A stretch of 64,000 nucleotides of DNA, taken from the NCBI GenBank assembly GCA_965637545.1, contig OZ281499.1, positions 14,198,001 to 14,262,000 of the forward strand. Reading direction: 5' to 3'. The DNA comes from Phallusia mammillata. Its lineage: Eukaryota. Of the stretch, positions 29,068-42,249 are shown one piece after another; position 1 is the stretch's first letter, and the number at the start of each line of letters is the position of its first letter. Position numbers and translations under genes: made by a program. Below the pieces are notes generated by a model, which saw only the letters and a program-made list of their open reading frames with translations, ran no database searches and was not told the origin of the DNA.

Positions 29068-30958
29068 AATAATAAAGAATTAACTGTCCCGCCAAGCCCC
29101 AGAACCTTTCCTGTGCTTCAACACAAGTTTCATGCACTATTTATTGTATTTATATTGCGTATCCCAAAAATCCATTTTGCATAAATCTATTCTTTACGTG
29201 TTTTTGCAAATCCGCGTGTAAATATACCATACGGCTTTTGGTCCTCCCATTTATATGAAAACAAGACTCTTATCCCTTCTATTGCGTGTAGCACTTTGTA
29301 TAACAAGAAATTGTGCTATACGCCTATCTCCACTTTGTGTAGTTGTTTTTCGCCTTTGTGTATTTTTGCGCCTTTGGGCACTTCTCTGCGATTGAATGTG
29401 TTTTTTCTCCTGTTTGCACACGTAAAACAGCCTTGTTATGTACTGCCTCTGTGTTTCTTCCTTTCGTGTTAAATTAAAAAAATATCCCCGTATTTTCTTT
29501 AGAATTCTACCGCCTTTGTTTACATTTCTCTTTGCGTAAAAAAATCCCCTTGTATGATCTCTATTGTGTTTGTTTATTTTTCGCCCTATTTACTATCTCT
29601 ATATTTAAAATCTCATCGTATGTTTTCTATTGTCGTTGTTTACCTTTCGCTGTATCCACTATTTCTATCTTTAAAATTCCCCTCGTAAGTTTTCTATTGT
29701 CTTTGTTTACTTTACGCCGTAGCCACTATTTCTATCCTTAAAATTCCCCTCGTATGTTTTCTATTGTCTTTGTTTACTTTACGCCGCTACTACTATTTCT
29801 AGCTTTAAAATTCCCTTTTTCTTTATTTTTCTATCGTCTTTGTTTACTTCTTTGCTGTGTGTACGACTTCCATGTATCTGACCTTTCCTCGTATCCTTTA
29901 TTTATTGATTATTATTTTTATATACCTTTATTCCCCTCAAGTTACACTACGCGCACACTATTCTAATTTATACCCTTCTTAATCTATACAGAAAGATACG
30001 TTAAACAACCACCTATTGTACCCACCCACACTTGTAAACTATTAACTCTCTGTCTCTCCCTTTTTTTGTTGACGTATTTTGTTCTTGTATCGTCACGGGA
30101 AGCCACCAAAGAAATAAAGTCAGCGTTGCAAGCTGCTTTTCACAAATCCGGATTAAAGCTAACATTTCGGGAATTTTCCAATAGAGATTGGAAAGAGAGT
30201 GTGGAATTTCTTGATGTTTTGCACTGCTATTCAAGTGTTACAAAGTTACATTTCGTCACCAAAGACCACGTGAAAGAAACAAGCAAACACCGTTGCTTCC
30301 TGCACGGAACTTCCCATCACCCTTCACATGTATTTCGGGGCATTGTGTTGGGTGAGGCCAGTAGATTAAGAAGGCTGAATGAGTTGGACAAAGACTATTT
30401 CACCAGTCTGGAACGACTCAGGGAAAAGTGCCAAAGATCTGCGTTTCCCGAACGCATTACAGAACAGTGTTTAAGTGTTTCGAAAACTTGGATGAAACGG
30501 TTCGCGTCACCAACTTGTCGATCCAGCAAACCAAGGATAGCTTGGGGTACAGCTTTCCCACAGGCAGCTAAGGAAAGGGACTTACAACTTTCCGCGACTG
30601 TAGTTTATAAAAGAGCAAGTACCCTGGGGAACCTTCTGACTAATTACAGAAGCTTGGCCCATGCACCACAATAGCCCGTCGGCCAGTCGCGCCCTTGCGA
30701 AAAGTGTGCTTTGTGTGGCAATCATGGCAGTCATAAGAGCATGGTTTATAAACAGCGCAAATTCACAACACACGGACAAGTTTTAGAATTGAAACAAGAC
30801 CTGGACTGCAAGTGCTACGGCATATATGCGGCTACTTGCAACATATGCAGCGCACAATACATTGGACAAACAAAAAACCGGTTTAGCACCCGTTGGACAC
30901 ATCACAGATCCACATGGAAAGAACACAAAGTAAATGAGGAAAATGACAATGCAGCATT

Positions 30959-32290
30959 CAGACATGGGGCAATTCGTATTCGTCATTCCTACACAGGTTT
31001 TGGCACCTTCGTGCTGTATTCGAATGATTTTGGCTTTCGTTCGATAGTGCATGAATACAATTCGAATAGCTGAAGTTAACTTTTGAACCAACAATTCATG
31101 AATACAAAAACTTGAGTAAATTTATTCGAATACAATTCGAATTGTAGGTTTTTGCCAACCTAAGAATTTGCAAATTCGAATACACGATATTTTTTACGAA
31201 GACAATTCGAATTGTTGTCGGCCTTTGGCAAGGTAACAATTCGTAAAATCGAATACATGACTACATTTGTACGAATGCCATTCGAATTGTTGTCAGCCTT
31301 TGGCAACGTAAGATACGTAAAATCGAATACATGACTACATTTTTACGAATACAATTCGAATTGTCGATTACCTCCAGACTAGAAGTAGTCGAGAATATTT
31401 TGCTACATATTTTTGCCAAATAGATTCGAATACAATTCAAATTGGCAGTGAATGTGACCTGATTTGACAAGTTTTTGTTTATGTTACGAAACAATGACAT
31501 ATAGAAGTTTAATTGTGACGTTACATAAATGGAATTGTGTTACAAAGCTTACAACATTGGGTTGTTCTCAGCACATGACAGGTGTAGCGTGTTCATGAAG
31601 CAAACATTTCACGTAAATTTGGTGAAGTTTTTATAACGGAGACTTAAATCAGTCAAGCTAATGTGGCAAAAAAGCTCGTTGATTTACATTTTTACCAATA
31701 AATTTGCAATTCATAAACCCATGTTACTTTTTGATCGAATACCTTTTAAGTTTCGGGGCATTTTATTTCTTTTATTTTCCGCAACTACAAATATCCAAAT
31801 CGGTGCATTCGAATGTTATTCGAATTGTTTGCTTCTTACAACAACTGAACAATTCGTGAATACAAATAACTAGAACTATTAATTCGAATACAATTCGGAT
31901 TGCTTCATCTCAAAAAGTAAGTATTCATGAATACGAATACACGCTTGGGGTTTATTCGAATTACACGTTGTTGTTTTTTGGTCAACTATTCATGAATACT
32001 AATACTTAACATGCTTTATTCGAATACAATTCGAATTGCTGCCACCTTAACATTACGAAACAATTCGTGAATGCGAATACCTGACTCGCATTATTCGAAT
32101 ACAATTCGAATTGCCGAACTTTAAAAAGTGCGTAGAATTCATGAATACGAATACATGCCTTGGTTTATTCGAATAGTATTCGAATTACTTGTCGTTGTAG
32201 TTTGGTCAACAATTCATCAATTCGAATACAGTCATGCAGGTATTCGTAAAGTATTCGAATACAGGACGCGTGTATTCGACCCCATGTCTG
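30959..32290. mobile_element. Non-autonomous hAT element with many ATTCGAAT subterminal repeats
   Basis: TIR CAGACATGGGG/CCCCATGTCTG; 8-bp TSD GCAGCATT (30951-30958, 32291-32298). Confidence 0.92.
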
Positions 32291-32739
32291 GCAGCATTAT
32301 TGCACCACTACGCCACAAAACACACAGCAGTTTTTTCAACACACCCCGACATAGCACAATGTTTTAGCGTAACGTTTCTACAGCAGCCGGCACCTAAAGA
32401 CCTGGATGCATGTGAAGCCAAGTGGCTTAAAAACACAGGCCACCATCAATATTCAAAAAATGGTTTTACCTAGATTGCGCTGATCCGCAGTTTTATTTCT
32501 AATCTTGCGCGTGTCTGTTGACGTTATCTTTTTCCGTTTTACGCCTCTCACCTTTTCTCCTTTTTTCCGCCGTTGCGTCTGTTTTTCGTCCTTGTTACAT
32601 TTACGCTTTTGTGCTCGTGTAGACTGTGTTAACCAAACTAGATATAAATGCTTTTAGTGTTTTAAGTTTTTTACTATATTATTTTGTATGCTTTTACATC
32701 TGTTCTCCTTTAATTTACCTTCGTTGTTTGCAGTTTTTA

Positions 32740-32779
32740 GAGACGGACGATGCCTGAATAGGTGAAATATATATCTCTC
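32740..32779 (+). ncRNA. Minimal type I hammerhead ribozyme variant in the Penelope pLTR
   Basis: Stem I GAGA/TCTC; core CGGACGA (U4G); stem II GCCT-gaat-AGGT; GAAA; palindromic ATATATAT stem III; cleavage triplet ATC. Confidence 0.6.
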
Positions 32780-32859
32780 GAATATACCAACCCAGTGTCT
32801 ACTGATTTTGAGTCAGAAGCATTTGCTTCTTAATTAATCATTTACTGAAAGAATTTTGA

Positions 32860-34230
32860 CTCAGTGATCGTGGATATTAACATGCCTACTATTAGAGGGA
32901 CAGATCCTGTGAATAGCATTTATATCATACTGATAAAGCATTAATATACTTACACTAAATTGGGGAAATCTCAGCACTTCCTGTATAAATATTTTTGCTT
33001 CGCAATTGCATTTTTTGTACCTTGAATACACATCTTTTTTGGGCAGGATTGGGATGGTCAAGTAACTATAAACGACAACAATGCTATTTTAAAAACCTTG
33101 CTTGTAGATTGAGCCATGAGACACCATTATACCTGATTGGGAATACATGGCTTGCGTTTATCATTTCGTTCCTTGTTGTAACTCCAGCCACACACTTTGT
33201 ACAATAACATATGGGACTAAATCTTTTCCCCAGTGTACATAACCTTTTGAGATATCTGTGTATAAAATTGAAACATTACCACTTTTATACATATAAATAT
33301 TTACTACTGCATTTCATACTTAATCTGTTGACAAAATTATCAACAATAAACATACCATGGAACTTTTTTGAGTACACATTAAATTTGGTTACGGTTGAAA
33401 TTTCAAACTCTTTAACTGCCTTTTCAGCTTCTTCATACGTAGAAACCCACTGTAAGTAATGTAATGATTAATTTATGAAACTTCCTGAAAATAAATTAAA
33501 CATGAACCTTCAAATTTGTATGCTTGCATACTTGTTCCGCAGGCAGATTAACCTTGCACAAAATTTAAAGGATTTTAGGGTAATTAGAAATTATTCACAG
33601 TATACAAAGGACACATGTCAAACCATTTCACTTGGACTTTTTTTTTAAATTTATAAAAAAAGCAATCTGTTGGGACAGCTTTCCGGTTTGATTTGCTTCT
33701 TTAATATGTTTGCTTGCTATCTTACGTCTGAATTGTGAATTGTTCTACATCAAGAAAGAATCATTCTTGGTCAAATTGTTAAATGTAAGTCAATAAAAGA
33801 ACTTTATTTGCAAAAAACTAACATTTTTTAATAACTACAAATTTATTGGGTTATAAATATCATATAGTTTTTAATATTATAGTTTGGACAGTTTGAAAAA
33901 GGAGCGCTCTATTGACTTTATGAAGATTTATATTTCAAGTTTAATACCTTGTGGGCTGGAAACATAATTACTTCAAACATGGTTAGCATGTACGAATGCT
34001 GAGAGGCCACCTCTTTCATCTGCCGGAAATTATCACATACCTTTTCAATTTGACTTGTTGCAAAATCAAATTCATGCTTTTCTCTGCAACCGATGTAAGT
34101 TATTTTAAAGTTAGATCTTAGAAAAGCAAAAAAATAACAAAAACATACGCAGTTTCGTTGCATGGAGTCATAACTGGTTGGATTACATCCTCCACTTTCA
34201 CTGAAACGTACGTGGTTTCGTTGCATACAT
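32860..34230 (-). pseudogene. Possible Mutator-like or other DNA transposon ORF fragments
   Basis: KKCNCEAKIFIQEVLRFP resembles the KKxxCxAxI motif upstream of MULE transposases. Fragmentary. Confidence 0.25.
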
Positions 34231-34330
34231 TTTTAACTTATATTTTTCAAATTTACAACTTTTACTTATGATATTAATTCTTATACAACTTATTTTAGCA
34301 CAACATTTTTTCCACTACACCCATTGACTG

Positions 34331-37204
34331 TGTAGCGCTACTATTTCTGCGCCTAAGGTTGAGGACGCTGCTCTAACGGCTAGCCGGTAAAACCAATAAC
34401 TAGACCGCGCGCTACTCTTAATTCTTTTGCAAAACAGTAACAAAATATGCAATATATCCTTTGTCCTTATTATAAAAGCGCAGTAAAATAAGCACGGTTA
34501 TCTAGTAAAAGATCTCACAAACCAAGAAGCACGTTCTACCAAGGCCGACCAACCAAGTCTGCCTGATCACCTATTCACCGCCCTCACGTTAGGGAGCCAG
34601 CCACGAGGAAAAAACAGCAGTTATTCTTGGGGCAAATTAAGCAAAGTCCCGAGGTAATTAATTAGGGACACGCGCAGGAATGCCAAGGCAACAAGGACGG
34701 TTGCGTCCGAAACGCAAAAATGGAAAACAATAAAAATAAAAGATAACATACAGTGACGAAGCAACAAACAAAGTTAGTGTTAACACAGTGAAGAAATAGC
34801 TAAATAAACAAAGGTGATAATATTAGCAACACATGGAAATAAGTATCATATGGTGAAATTGCTGTGCAATAGACAAATAAATAATATTATGGGAAACGAA
34901 CAACATATTGTGACAAAAGAACAAACGAAACGAGTGACAAAACAGTGCAATAAAGAAATTGATAATATTATTCGTAACACCCCCCCCCTTCCCGCGTCGT
35001 TGCACTCCCGGGCAACAAAACATTGTTTCGTACAATGTGTTCTTTGCGTGCGTGCCCTAAGACGACTCGCACCAGGGACGTCATCAGGCGAATTGTCACC
35101 GAACTTTATCGGTATGTCACCTTGTGCTTCTCCCGTAATCGGCAGCGTTACGGAGCATGGTACGATAGGCAAGGCGATCCTTTGCTCTACCGGTTTGTGT
35201 CGGTCCCGTCCATCGTCGTCCTCCCACTTGGCACTGCTGGACACCAGTCTATTACAATGGACCGTTTCCTGTCGGCCAGCGGCGTCTCTCATGACGTAGT
35301 GCGCTAGTGGCTTGACGTCGGTAACGCGAAAGGGACCTTTCAATGACATATGGACCTTGCGCCGAGCCCCGACTGGTACAGCAGGATTTCTTAACCACAC
35401 CACGTCGTCAACCCTATGTGGTTCAACTCTGCACCGGCGTTCCGGGTTACCGTTTGTGACTTGATTGGTTTCGGACCGGTAGAGCGTCTCACTAATGCTG
35501 CCCTTTTCCGGGCCGTACTGATTATTTGACTTCGTGTTCTTCGGCTTTTTTCCTACCCGGGACCACGTTGCACGGGGCCTCGTCGTGCTTCGAACAACTG
35601 AGACAAATTCTTTGCTTGTTTGTCTGCACAGCCTCGCCAATGTACAATTTCGAACCAGATGTCCTTGCGAACCACATGCAAAACATTTACGTATGGTAGG
35701 CCTACCGTTGCTTGTTGGTGCAGTGCGATTGTACCCTTTAGCTTTCGTACATACGTCGGCCCGAAACTGGTAAATGTCCGAGCGCATGACGTCTAACTCG
35801 CGTCTGAACGACGACATACACTGCTGGAGGTTGGCGTCAATCCGCTGAAGAGTATCTCGGACCTCGTGGATCTCCTGTCGCTTTTCCAACCCTGAAACTG
35901 GAAAACACACCAAAGGGTCTCTGGCCCCTGCACGTATGACCATCTTAGCTGCGGCGACAAATTCTCGAGTCTTTACGTTGCGCACTACATCAGTTGCCAA
36001 ACTCCGGTCAGATAGACCCTTGACAAGCGCCAGAAATAGCACTTCGTTCTTAACGTTGGCGTCTTCTGCCTTAGGGTACCCTCTATCGGCCAGTGATTGC
36101 AGTGCATATACGAAGGCCCGTGGGGATTCGTTTGGTTGTTGTACCCTATCCATAAGATCGTGGCGCAGCACTTGGCCGTGGTTAAAATCATGTTCTTTTG
36201 CTTTGGATACCAATTCGTCAAAAGAGTACTTATATACGTTAGAGCCATCAGTTAAGTCCCACAAAAAAATCTTTGTCGACGTGCGTAAGCAGTAAATGTT
36301 TTTTGACTTCTTCTGTCGCTTTCACGCATGCACAATACGAATTAAAAACTTCACTAAAACTATTAAAATCATCACCGATCATAAATCGGGGCGGGTTCAT
36401 ACACACGTTCAAAGCCATGAAAATAAAATCAACTTACTTGGTCGGCAGTGAAGCGCGCGGTCGTGAGCGGCTGCAGCGTCCTGGCGTGCTCGCCAATTTG
36501 TAGCGCTACTATTTCTGCGCCTAAGGTTCAGGACGCTGCTCTAACGGCTAGCCGGTAAAACCAATAACTAGACCGCGCGCTACTCTTAATTCTTTTGCAA
36601 AACAGTAACAAAATATGCAATATATCCTTTGTCCTTATTATAAAAGCGGAGTAAAATAAGCACGGTTCTCGACAACACAATCGGGCCAACGTAGCACTTT
36701 AAAAACACTATAAGAAAACAGACAAATTAGTAAAAGATCTCACAAGCCAAGAAGCACGTTCTACCAAGGCCGACCAACCAAGTCTGCCTGATCACCTATT
36801 CACCGCCCTCACGTTAGGGAGCCAGCCACGAGGAAAAAACAGCAGTTATTCTTGGGGCAAATTAAGCAAAGTCCCGAGGTAATTAATTAGGAACACGCGC
36901 AGGAATGCCAAGGCAACAAGGACGGTTGCGTCCGAAACGCAAAAATGGAAAACAATAAAAATAAAAGATAACATACAGTGACGAAGCAACAAACAAAGTT
37001 AGTGTTAACACAGTGAAGAAATAGCTAAATAAACAAATGTGATAATATTAGCAACACATGGAAATAAGTATCATATGGTGAAATTGCTGTGCAATAGACA
37101 AATAAATAATATTATGGGAAACGAACAACATATTGTGACAAAAGAACAAACGAAACGAGTGACAAAACAGTGCAATAAAGAAATTGATAATATTATTCGT
37201 AACA
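34331..37204 (-). mobile_element. Internally deleted Ty3/Gypsy-like LTR retrotransposon
   Basis: LTRs 34331-34979 and 36499-37204 with TG..CA ends; 4-bp TSD ACTG; PBS TGGCGAGCACGCCAGGA (tRNA-Arg-like) next to the right LTR; polypurine tract next to the left LTR. Confidence 0.92.
34980..36264 (-). CDS. Gag (capsid plus CCHC knuckle) fused in frame to an integrase C-terminal GPF/Y segment
   Basis: RVQQPNESPRAFVYAL, CFACGSQGHLVRNC, then DVVWLRNP..LKGPFRVTDV..VHCNRLV. No PR/RT/RH/IN core. The ORF runs on into the LTR to 34846. Confidence 0.75.
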
Positions 37205-37383
37205 ACTGCAACCTCAAAAAATATCTTCAATCGTCTAGATTGAAAATCCAAACATCCCAAAATATATCTTAACATAAAATGAAGCTTTACTTCTTCCTTT
37301 TCATCACTCGCGTCATTTTGGCGCGAATGCTCCATTGCGCCACCTATCGAAAATTAAGCACTTTTGGATCTCCTAGGAGGCAC

Positions 37384-39734
37384 GGACCCCTTTAAAACAT
37401 AAAGTATCGCATGTATCGCATGTATCGCATGTATAGCATGTATAGCATGTATAGCATGTATAGCATGTATAGCATGTACACAGCCTATATACTAAATCTA
37501 TCGCATGTACCCGGGACTTTCCCCAACTTGTATTGTAAGTAACCGCATGTACTTTACTACGCAGTTGCAATGCTGTAACTACATGAGGTACGAGTTTTTT
37601 GTCTTTTGTCTTGGTCTGCACTGCAGTTGACTGATTTATTGAGTATGGTTTAGGCTGAATGTAACAGTCTTCATGTGCTCTACTGCTGCAATTGCAACTA
37701 ATATCTAAAGACTTTTGTCTTACAGGATGTCTATTACATGTGTTAGGCAAGCAAGGGTATAGAAAACTAAAGCAAGCAGTGTTTTATTTCAACATCCTTT
37801 ATTGAAGAATCAGTTCACAGTTGCCGATGCAAAAACAAGCAAACAACAAAATGAATGAAATTCAAATCTCAGAACTCTAAAACATTCATTTGTGTTTTCC
37901 TGGCTTTTTATCAGCTTGTTTTGGTGGCAATTTGATGGTCATGGTTCCTTCAGAGAATGTGGAAACAAACTTGGCAAAGTTTGGTCCATTAAAGTTGGAT
38001 TATACAAAGAAGTGTGATGATGACTTGCATTGGAATTTGGCTTTAAAGTTTGTTGCTTATCAGTCTCAACTTTTATCTTACTTTCTAATTGATTGTCAGC
38101 TGGCAAAGATTAGTGCATTAGAATGGAGAAGACGCAGAAGTCTGGTCATCATTGATGATAGGTTCTGGAAGTTGGTCAGTGTGATAAAATATGATTTTTT
38201 CTATCCTTGCTGGTCCACAAGCAAGAAATGGTTTGGAATGCATATGCTTTAAGCAGTACCTAGTATTGTCTATAATTACAACAAAATAGGTGCTGCTTTG
38301 TTGTGCATTTGATAAAGTCCTTTTTGATTCAGTAGTTCTGCGGCATATATATCAACCTCTATCTGCTGTGTTTCACCTTTTTCTGGTACTAATGGTTTAT
38401 GATTGTCAAAAAGTATTCTTTCCTTTATCCCCACTTGTTTTACCACATTATTTTCCACGTCTGCTAACTAAATTTAGTATGTTTTTGATGTGTATTTGGT
38501 ATTTTTTACTGCACCTTCTGACTAAAAATTGAATAAATTATATTATTACCTATCTGCACGTCGTTTATGATTTTAATGCACTGACATACTAGAGGACATT
38601 TTTTGGAATTTTCTCCTGTCAACTATTCTGCATTGTTATATAGTTCAAAACCCGTTCAGCATCTGTACAATACTTTCCACTTATGGACAACTGATACATT
38701 ATGCAGTCATTAGCTGATGTTCTGAAATTAAATTTACCCTAGCCATCTGTGCAGTACTTGCAAACCTAATTCAAGTTTCCAACAAGTATTTTAGGTTTTT
38801 AATTTATTTTAATTACAATTTAGTCTTTGGGGTTACAATAAAAAAATACAAAGAAGCACCATAAAAAACACAAAATATTATTGATAATGTCAGCAAATGA
38901 GTAAACAGTACAATCATAATTCACAGCTGGAATCTTTGTACTGCTACTAGGACAACACTGTCAATAAACTAAAACATGATAACCAAATATGTTTTCAGAA
39001 AAACTGTTGGACTTGTCTAGCAGTAACTTTTTAAACATTTATCTTGAAAGTTAAGCTGAAAAATGGAATCATGAATTAGTTCAAAAACATATAAATCCTG
39101 CACCAGAAAGCATAGTAAAGTGTACACACTATAATTAATACAATTAAAATTAACACCACTCTGTTACGAATCTGCTGCATGAAAAACAATGAGACTAAAA
39201 TACCAGACTTTTAAAATGAAGTTAATAAAATGACTGTCTGAACTTGTGCAACAAAAACAGCAACAATGAATAATTTACTATTCATCGCAAAAACTTTACC
39301 AATCTGCAATACAAAATGTAACACAGAAAGTAGTACATTTTATAAAGTAAAATTGTGCCTGCAGTGGAGCATTGATCAGTTTCGTAAAGCAAGAGGTTGC
39401 ACAAAGTACTGACTTTAAACCAATTACAACCACTTCACCAGTCAAACTCCTATCAATTTTTATCTTAATTTTGTTGTTACACACCAATTAAACTAGTGAC
39501 TAGTGAGCCTAGGTCTTTTAACTGCAGGCACATTTTAACAACATTACTTTGTACAGTCTACTTCTACTCACATTTAATTTTCTTACAACACAAGTTAGGG
39601 AAAGTCCCGGGTACATGCGGTAAACGATTATACATGCTATACATGCTATACATGCTATACATGCTATACATGCGATACATGCGATACATGCGATACATGC
39701 TGTACATGCGATACTTTATGTTTTAAAGGGGTCC
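37384..39734. mobile_element. Foldback-type DNA transposon with ~145-bp TIRs containing 9-bp tandem repeats
   Basis: Ends GGACCCCTTTAAAACATAAAGTATCGCATG../..CATAAAGT complement AAAGGGGTCC; units GTATCGCAT/GTATAGCAT; 8-bp TSD GGAGGCAC. Confidence 0.88.
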
Positions 39735-39921
39735 GGAGGCACTCCGTCAGTAGCTCTACCGCTCACGTGGCGCGGTTGACACCACTAGTCGGGATGTCCA
39801 ATAAACTTATACTACGTTTTCATGTCGTGGATTTGGGCCATGTGACCATATTTGGAAGTGAAAAACATGAAGCAGCAAAATTTGGGCCATCTAATTCGGG
39901 TGGTTTAAACTCAGTTTAGGC

Positions 39922-40250
39922 CAGTGGTTCCCAACCTGTGGGCCATGGCCCAGTAGTGGGCCACCAAGACATTTTCAATGGGCCACAGAGCCATTTGAAT
40001 AGATTCTACTGTTTTGTAATACTGTATATGTCATGCGCTTTGTTTTGAAAAACTTAATTTTTGCAAAGAATTCTGAATCTTGTAGCCAAATTTCAGGAGC
40101 ATGTATCTCATTAAAAACAAATTGCTGGATAATTTCGCCTGTTTTTGAGTTATTTTTTTGTTTGTGCCCAAATTTACAGCACGTGATGGGCCAGGAATCG
40201 CTATTAAATAGACATTTGGGCCACAGACCAAAAAAGTTTGGGAACCCCTG
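39922..40250. mobile_element. hAT (Buster/Charlie-like) MITE
   Basis: TIR CAGTGGTTCCCAA/TTGGGAACCCCTG; TSD GTTTAGGC. Confidence 0.9.
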
Positions 40251-40459
40251 GTTTAGGCCATGTATGTTTTGGGTCATGTATTTGTAGTGAGTTGTTTTTG
40301 CGAACTATGTACGCGGTACTTTGAGCTGAAGTGGAAAATTTTGTTTTCAACAGAGGCTGTTTTACTACCGACGACCTGTTTACTGCCTTTCTTCGTTACA
40401 TAGATTTTCAGTGAACAGTAGCCTGGTTTTGCACATGCAGCATTTACTCTACTAGCGCA

Positions 40460-41950
40460 ATGGATGAAAACGAGATAGAATTAATTGTATACGTCGTGGT
40501 TGTCGGAGTATTGCTAATACTGTATACAAGGACTTAATTCAGCAACGAAAAATGCACATGTTGGCCATTTTAGAAAAAGTTGATCAGACTAGTCAACGTC
40601 GTTTTTGGATGAGAAACAGGTGTGTTAAAATGTTATTTAGGCTTTACAGGAATATATTTGTAATGATTTAAAAACATCAGATCATCAGAATGGTGGCCAC
40701 ATTTTTTGACAAGTGTGTCAGATAATGAGTGGATTGAAAATTTCAGAATGAGAAAATCAACTTTTGATAATATTGTGAACTTGGTAAAGGATGATTTGGA
40801 ACCAGGTAAGTTTTAATCAAACTTGTTTTTTTTTGTTTATGTGATACCACTTAACACTGCAGATGAAAATTGGGTAAGAAAACCTATCCCTGTGGACATG
40901 AGAGTGGCAATCGTTATTTACAAATTGGCATCTGCATATGAATTCAGAGTTATAGGATCTCTGTTTGGAGTGCACAAAACTTCTGTCCACAGATTTGTAG
41001 ACAGGTAAAGCAACAAATGTTAGAGAAAAATTAATGAATGCTAAAAAACTACACGTTCTGTCAAGCTCTAGCAAAGATGAAAAATATATACATACAAATG
41101 CCAAACAACGAAGAGGCTAAAAACATTGCTGAAAGCAATTTATAAAAGACTGGATTTCCACAAGTCTATGGTGCCATAGACGGATGTCATATTGCAGTGA
41201 GAGCACCAAGTCAAGGTTCAAGAGGCTTCTTGAACAGAACAAGATTTCATTCAATGGTTTATAAAGCTGTGGCTGACACCCACAACTTTTGTGCTTTAGT
41301 TTTAGGGATGTTTCAATAAAATGTCCTGGAAGTGAGCATGATGCATCTGTTTTGAAAAAATCAAACTTATACCATCGTCCTGCTAGTTTGCCAAAGGTAA
41401 TGCATAAAACATGTACATTAAAAGCGTATGTATGGACCAATTCAAATCAACAGAACTATATTGCAGTTATTGTAATTAGCAAACGTGAAAAATCATCCAG
41501 CATGGTATGCAAACTGGCAGTATACAAATTTCAACATTTTAGTTTTGTTTGTTTTTATGGTAACATTATTATTGGTGGGACAGCTATTCCTCTGATGATT
41601 TTGGGTGATGCTGCCTACCCAATGCTTCCTTGGCTAATGAGAACATATACAGGCTCAACCTTAAGCAACAAGCAGGAAGTTTTTAATCACCAACACAGCA
41701 GCACCCGCATTGTGATTGAACACACATTTGGAAGGTTGAAAGCACGATGGAGAATTTTAAAACGACCTTTAGACATTAAAATGGATAAAGTACCATTAGT
41801 TGTTGGGGCCTGTTGTAGTTTACATAATATGTGTGAAACTGCACAAACTCCAGTTCAGAGGGATACAGGAGAACAGCTATCTGTACCTTCTGCTGCCATT
41901 GATTCTACTGTGAGATCAGCAATTGCTGACTATCTATTTGAAACTAAATT
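40460..41950 (+). pseudogene. PIF/Harbinger DDE transposase with introns (outer element)
   Basis: FRMRKSTF; GFPQVYGAIDGCHI; PGSEHDASVL; GDAAYP; STRIVIEHTFGRLKARWRIL; GT-AG introns. Confidence 0.85.
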
Positions 41951-42249
41951 TGTATTTTTTCGGTTCTTTATATGTGTAATAAAAATAATAATTCATGACT
42001 ACAAACTTTGTATAGAATGGACTGAAAATATATCACACACATAGTACAGCAATTATCTTTGTGAAAAAATTCCATCTGCAATTCTTTCCAAAATTCCTAA
42101 CATCTGCTGCATTTGTGCTGAAGAATGAGCTTCTACAGCTTAAAAGTGCTCCAACATTGCTTGATTTCTAACATCTAAAACCAACAGATATGGAGCAATA
42201 TAATTGAATCCATTTACAAAATATTTAATGCTTGAACACACTTTTGCCT

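Larger units (their letters stand above)
23600..30093 (+). mobile_element. L1/Tx1-clade element F: near full-length copy of family B, last ~45 bp and tail missing (5' boundary approximate)
   Basis: ORF1 from 24006; ORF2 25658-29067; 3' UTR matches B up to ...TTGTATCGT, then switches to Penelope sequence. Confidence 0.88.
30094..32830 (+). mobile_element. Penelope-like element 3' portion (RT C-terminus, GIY-YIG endonuclease, pLTR), split by a hAT MITE
   Basis: VEFLDV, FLHGTSHHPSHVFRGIVLGEASRLRR; CALC..GIYAATCNICSAQYIGQTKNRFSTRWTHHRS. Reading resumes at 32291 (AALLHHY..LDACEAKW). Confidence 0.88.

Noticed and set aside
30959-32290. Dense ATTCGAAT repeats as a CRISPR-like array
   Set aside because: Irregular spacing, both orientations, and bounded by hAT TIRs and an 8-bp TSD; these are subterminal repeats of a MITE in a eukaryotic context.
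37411-37460. CYT/YML repeat ORFs (37373-37750, 39496-39726)
   Set aside because: Translations of the 9-bp TIR arrays, not proteins.
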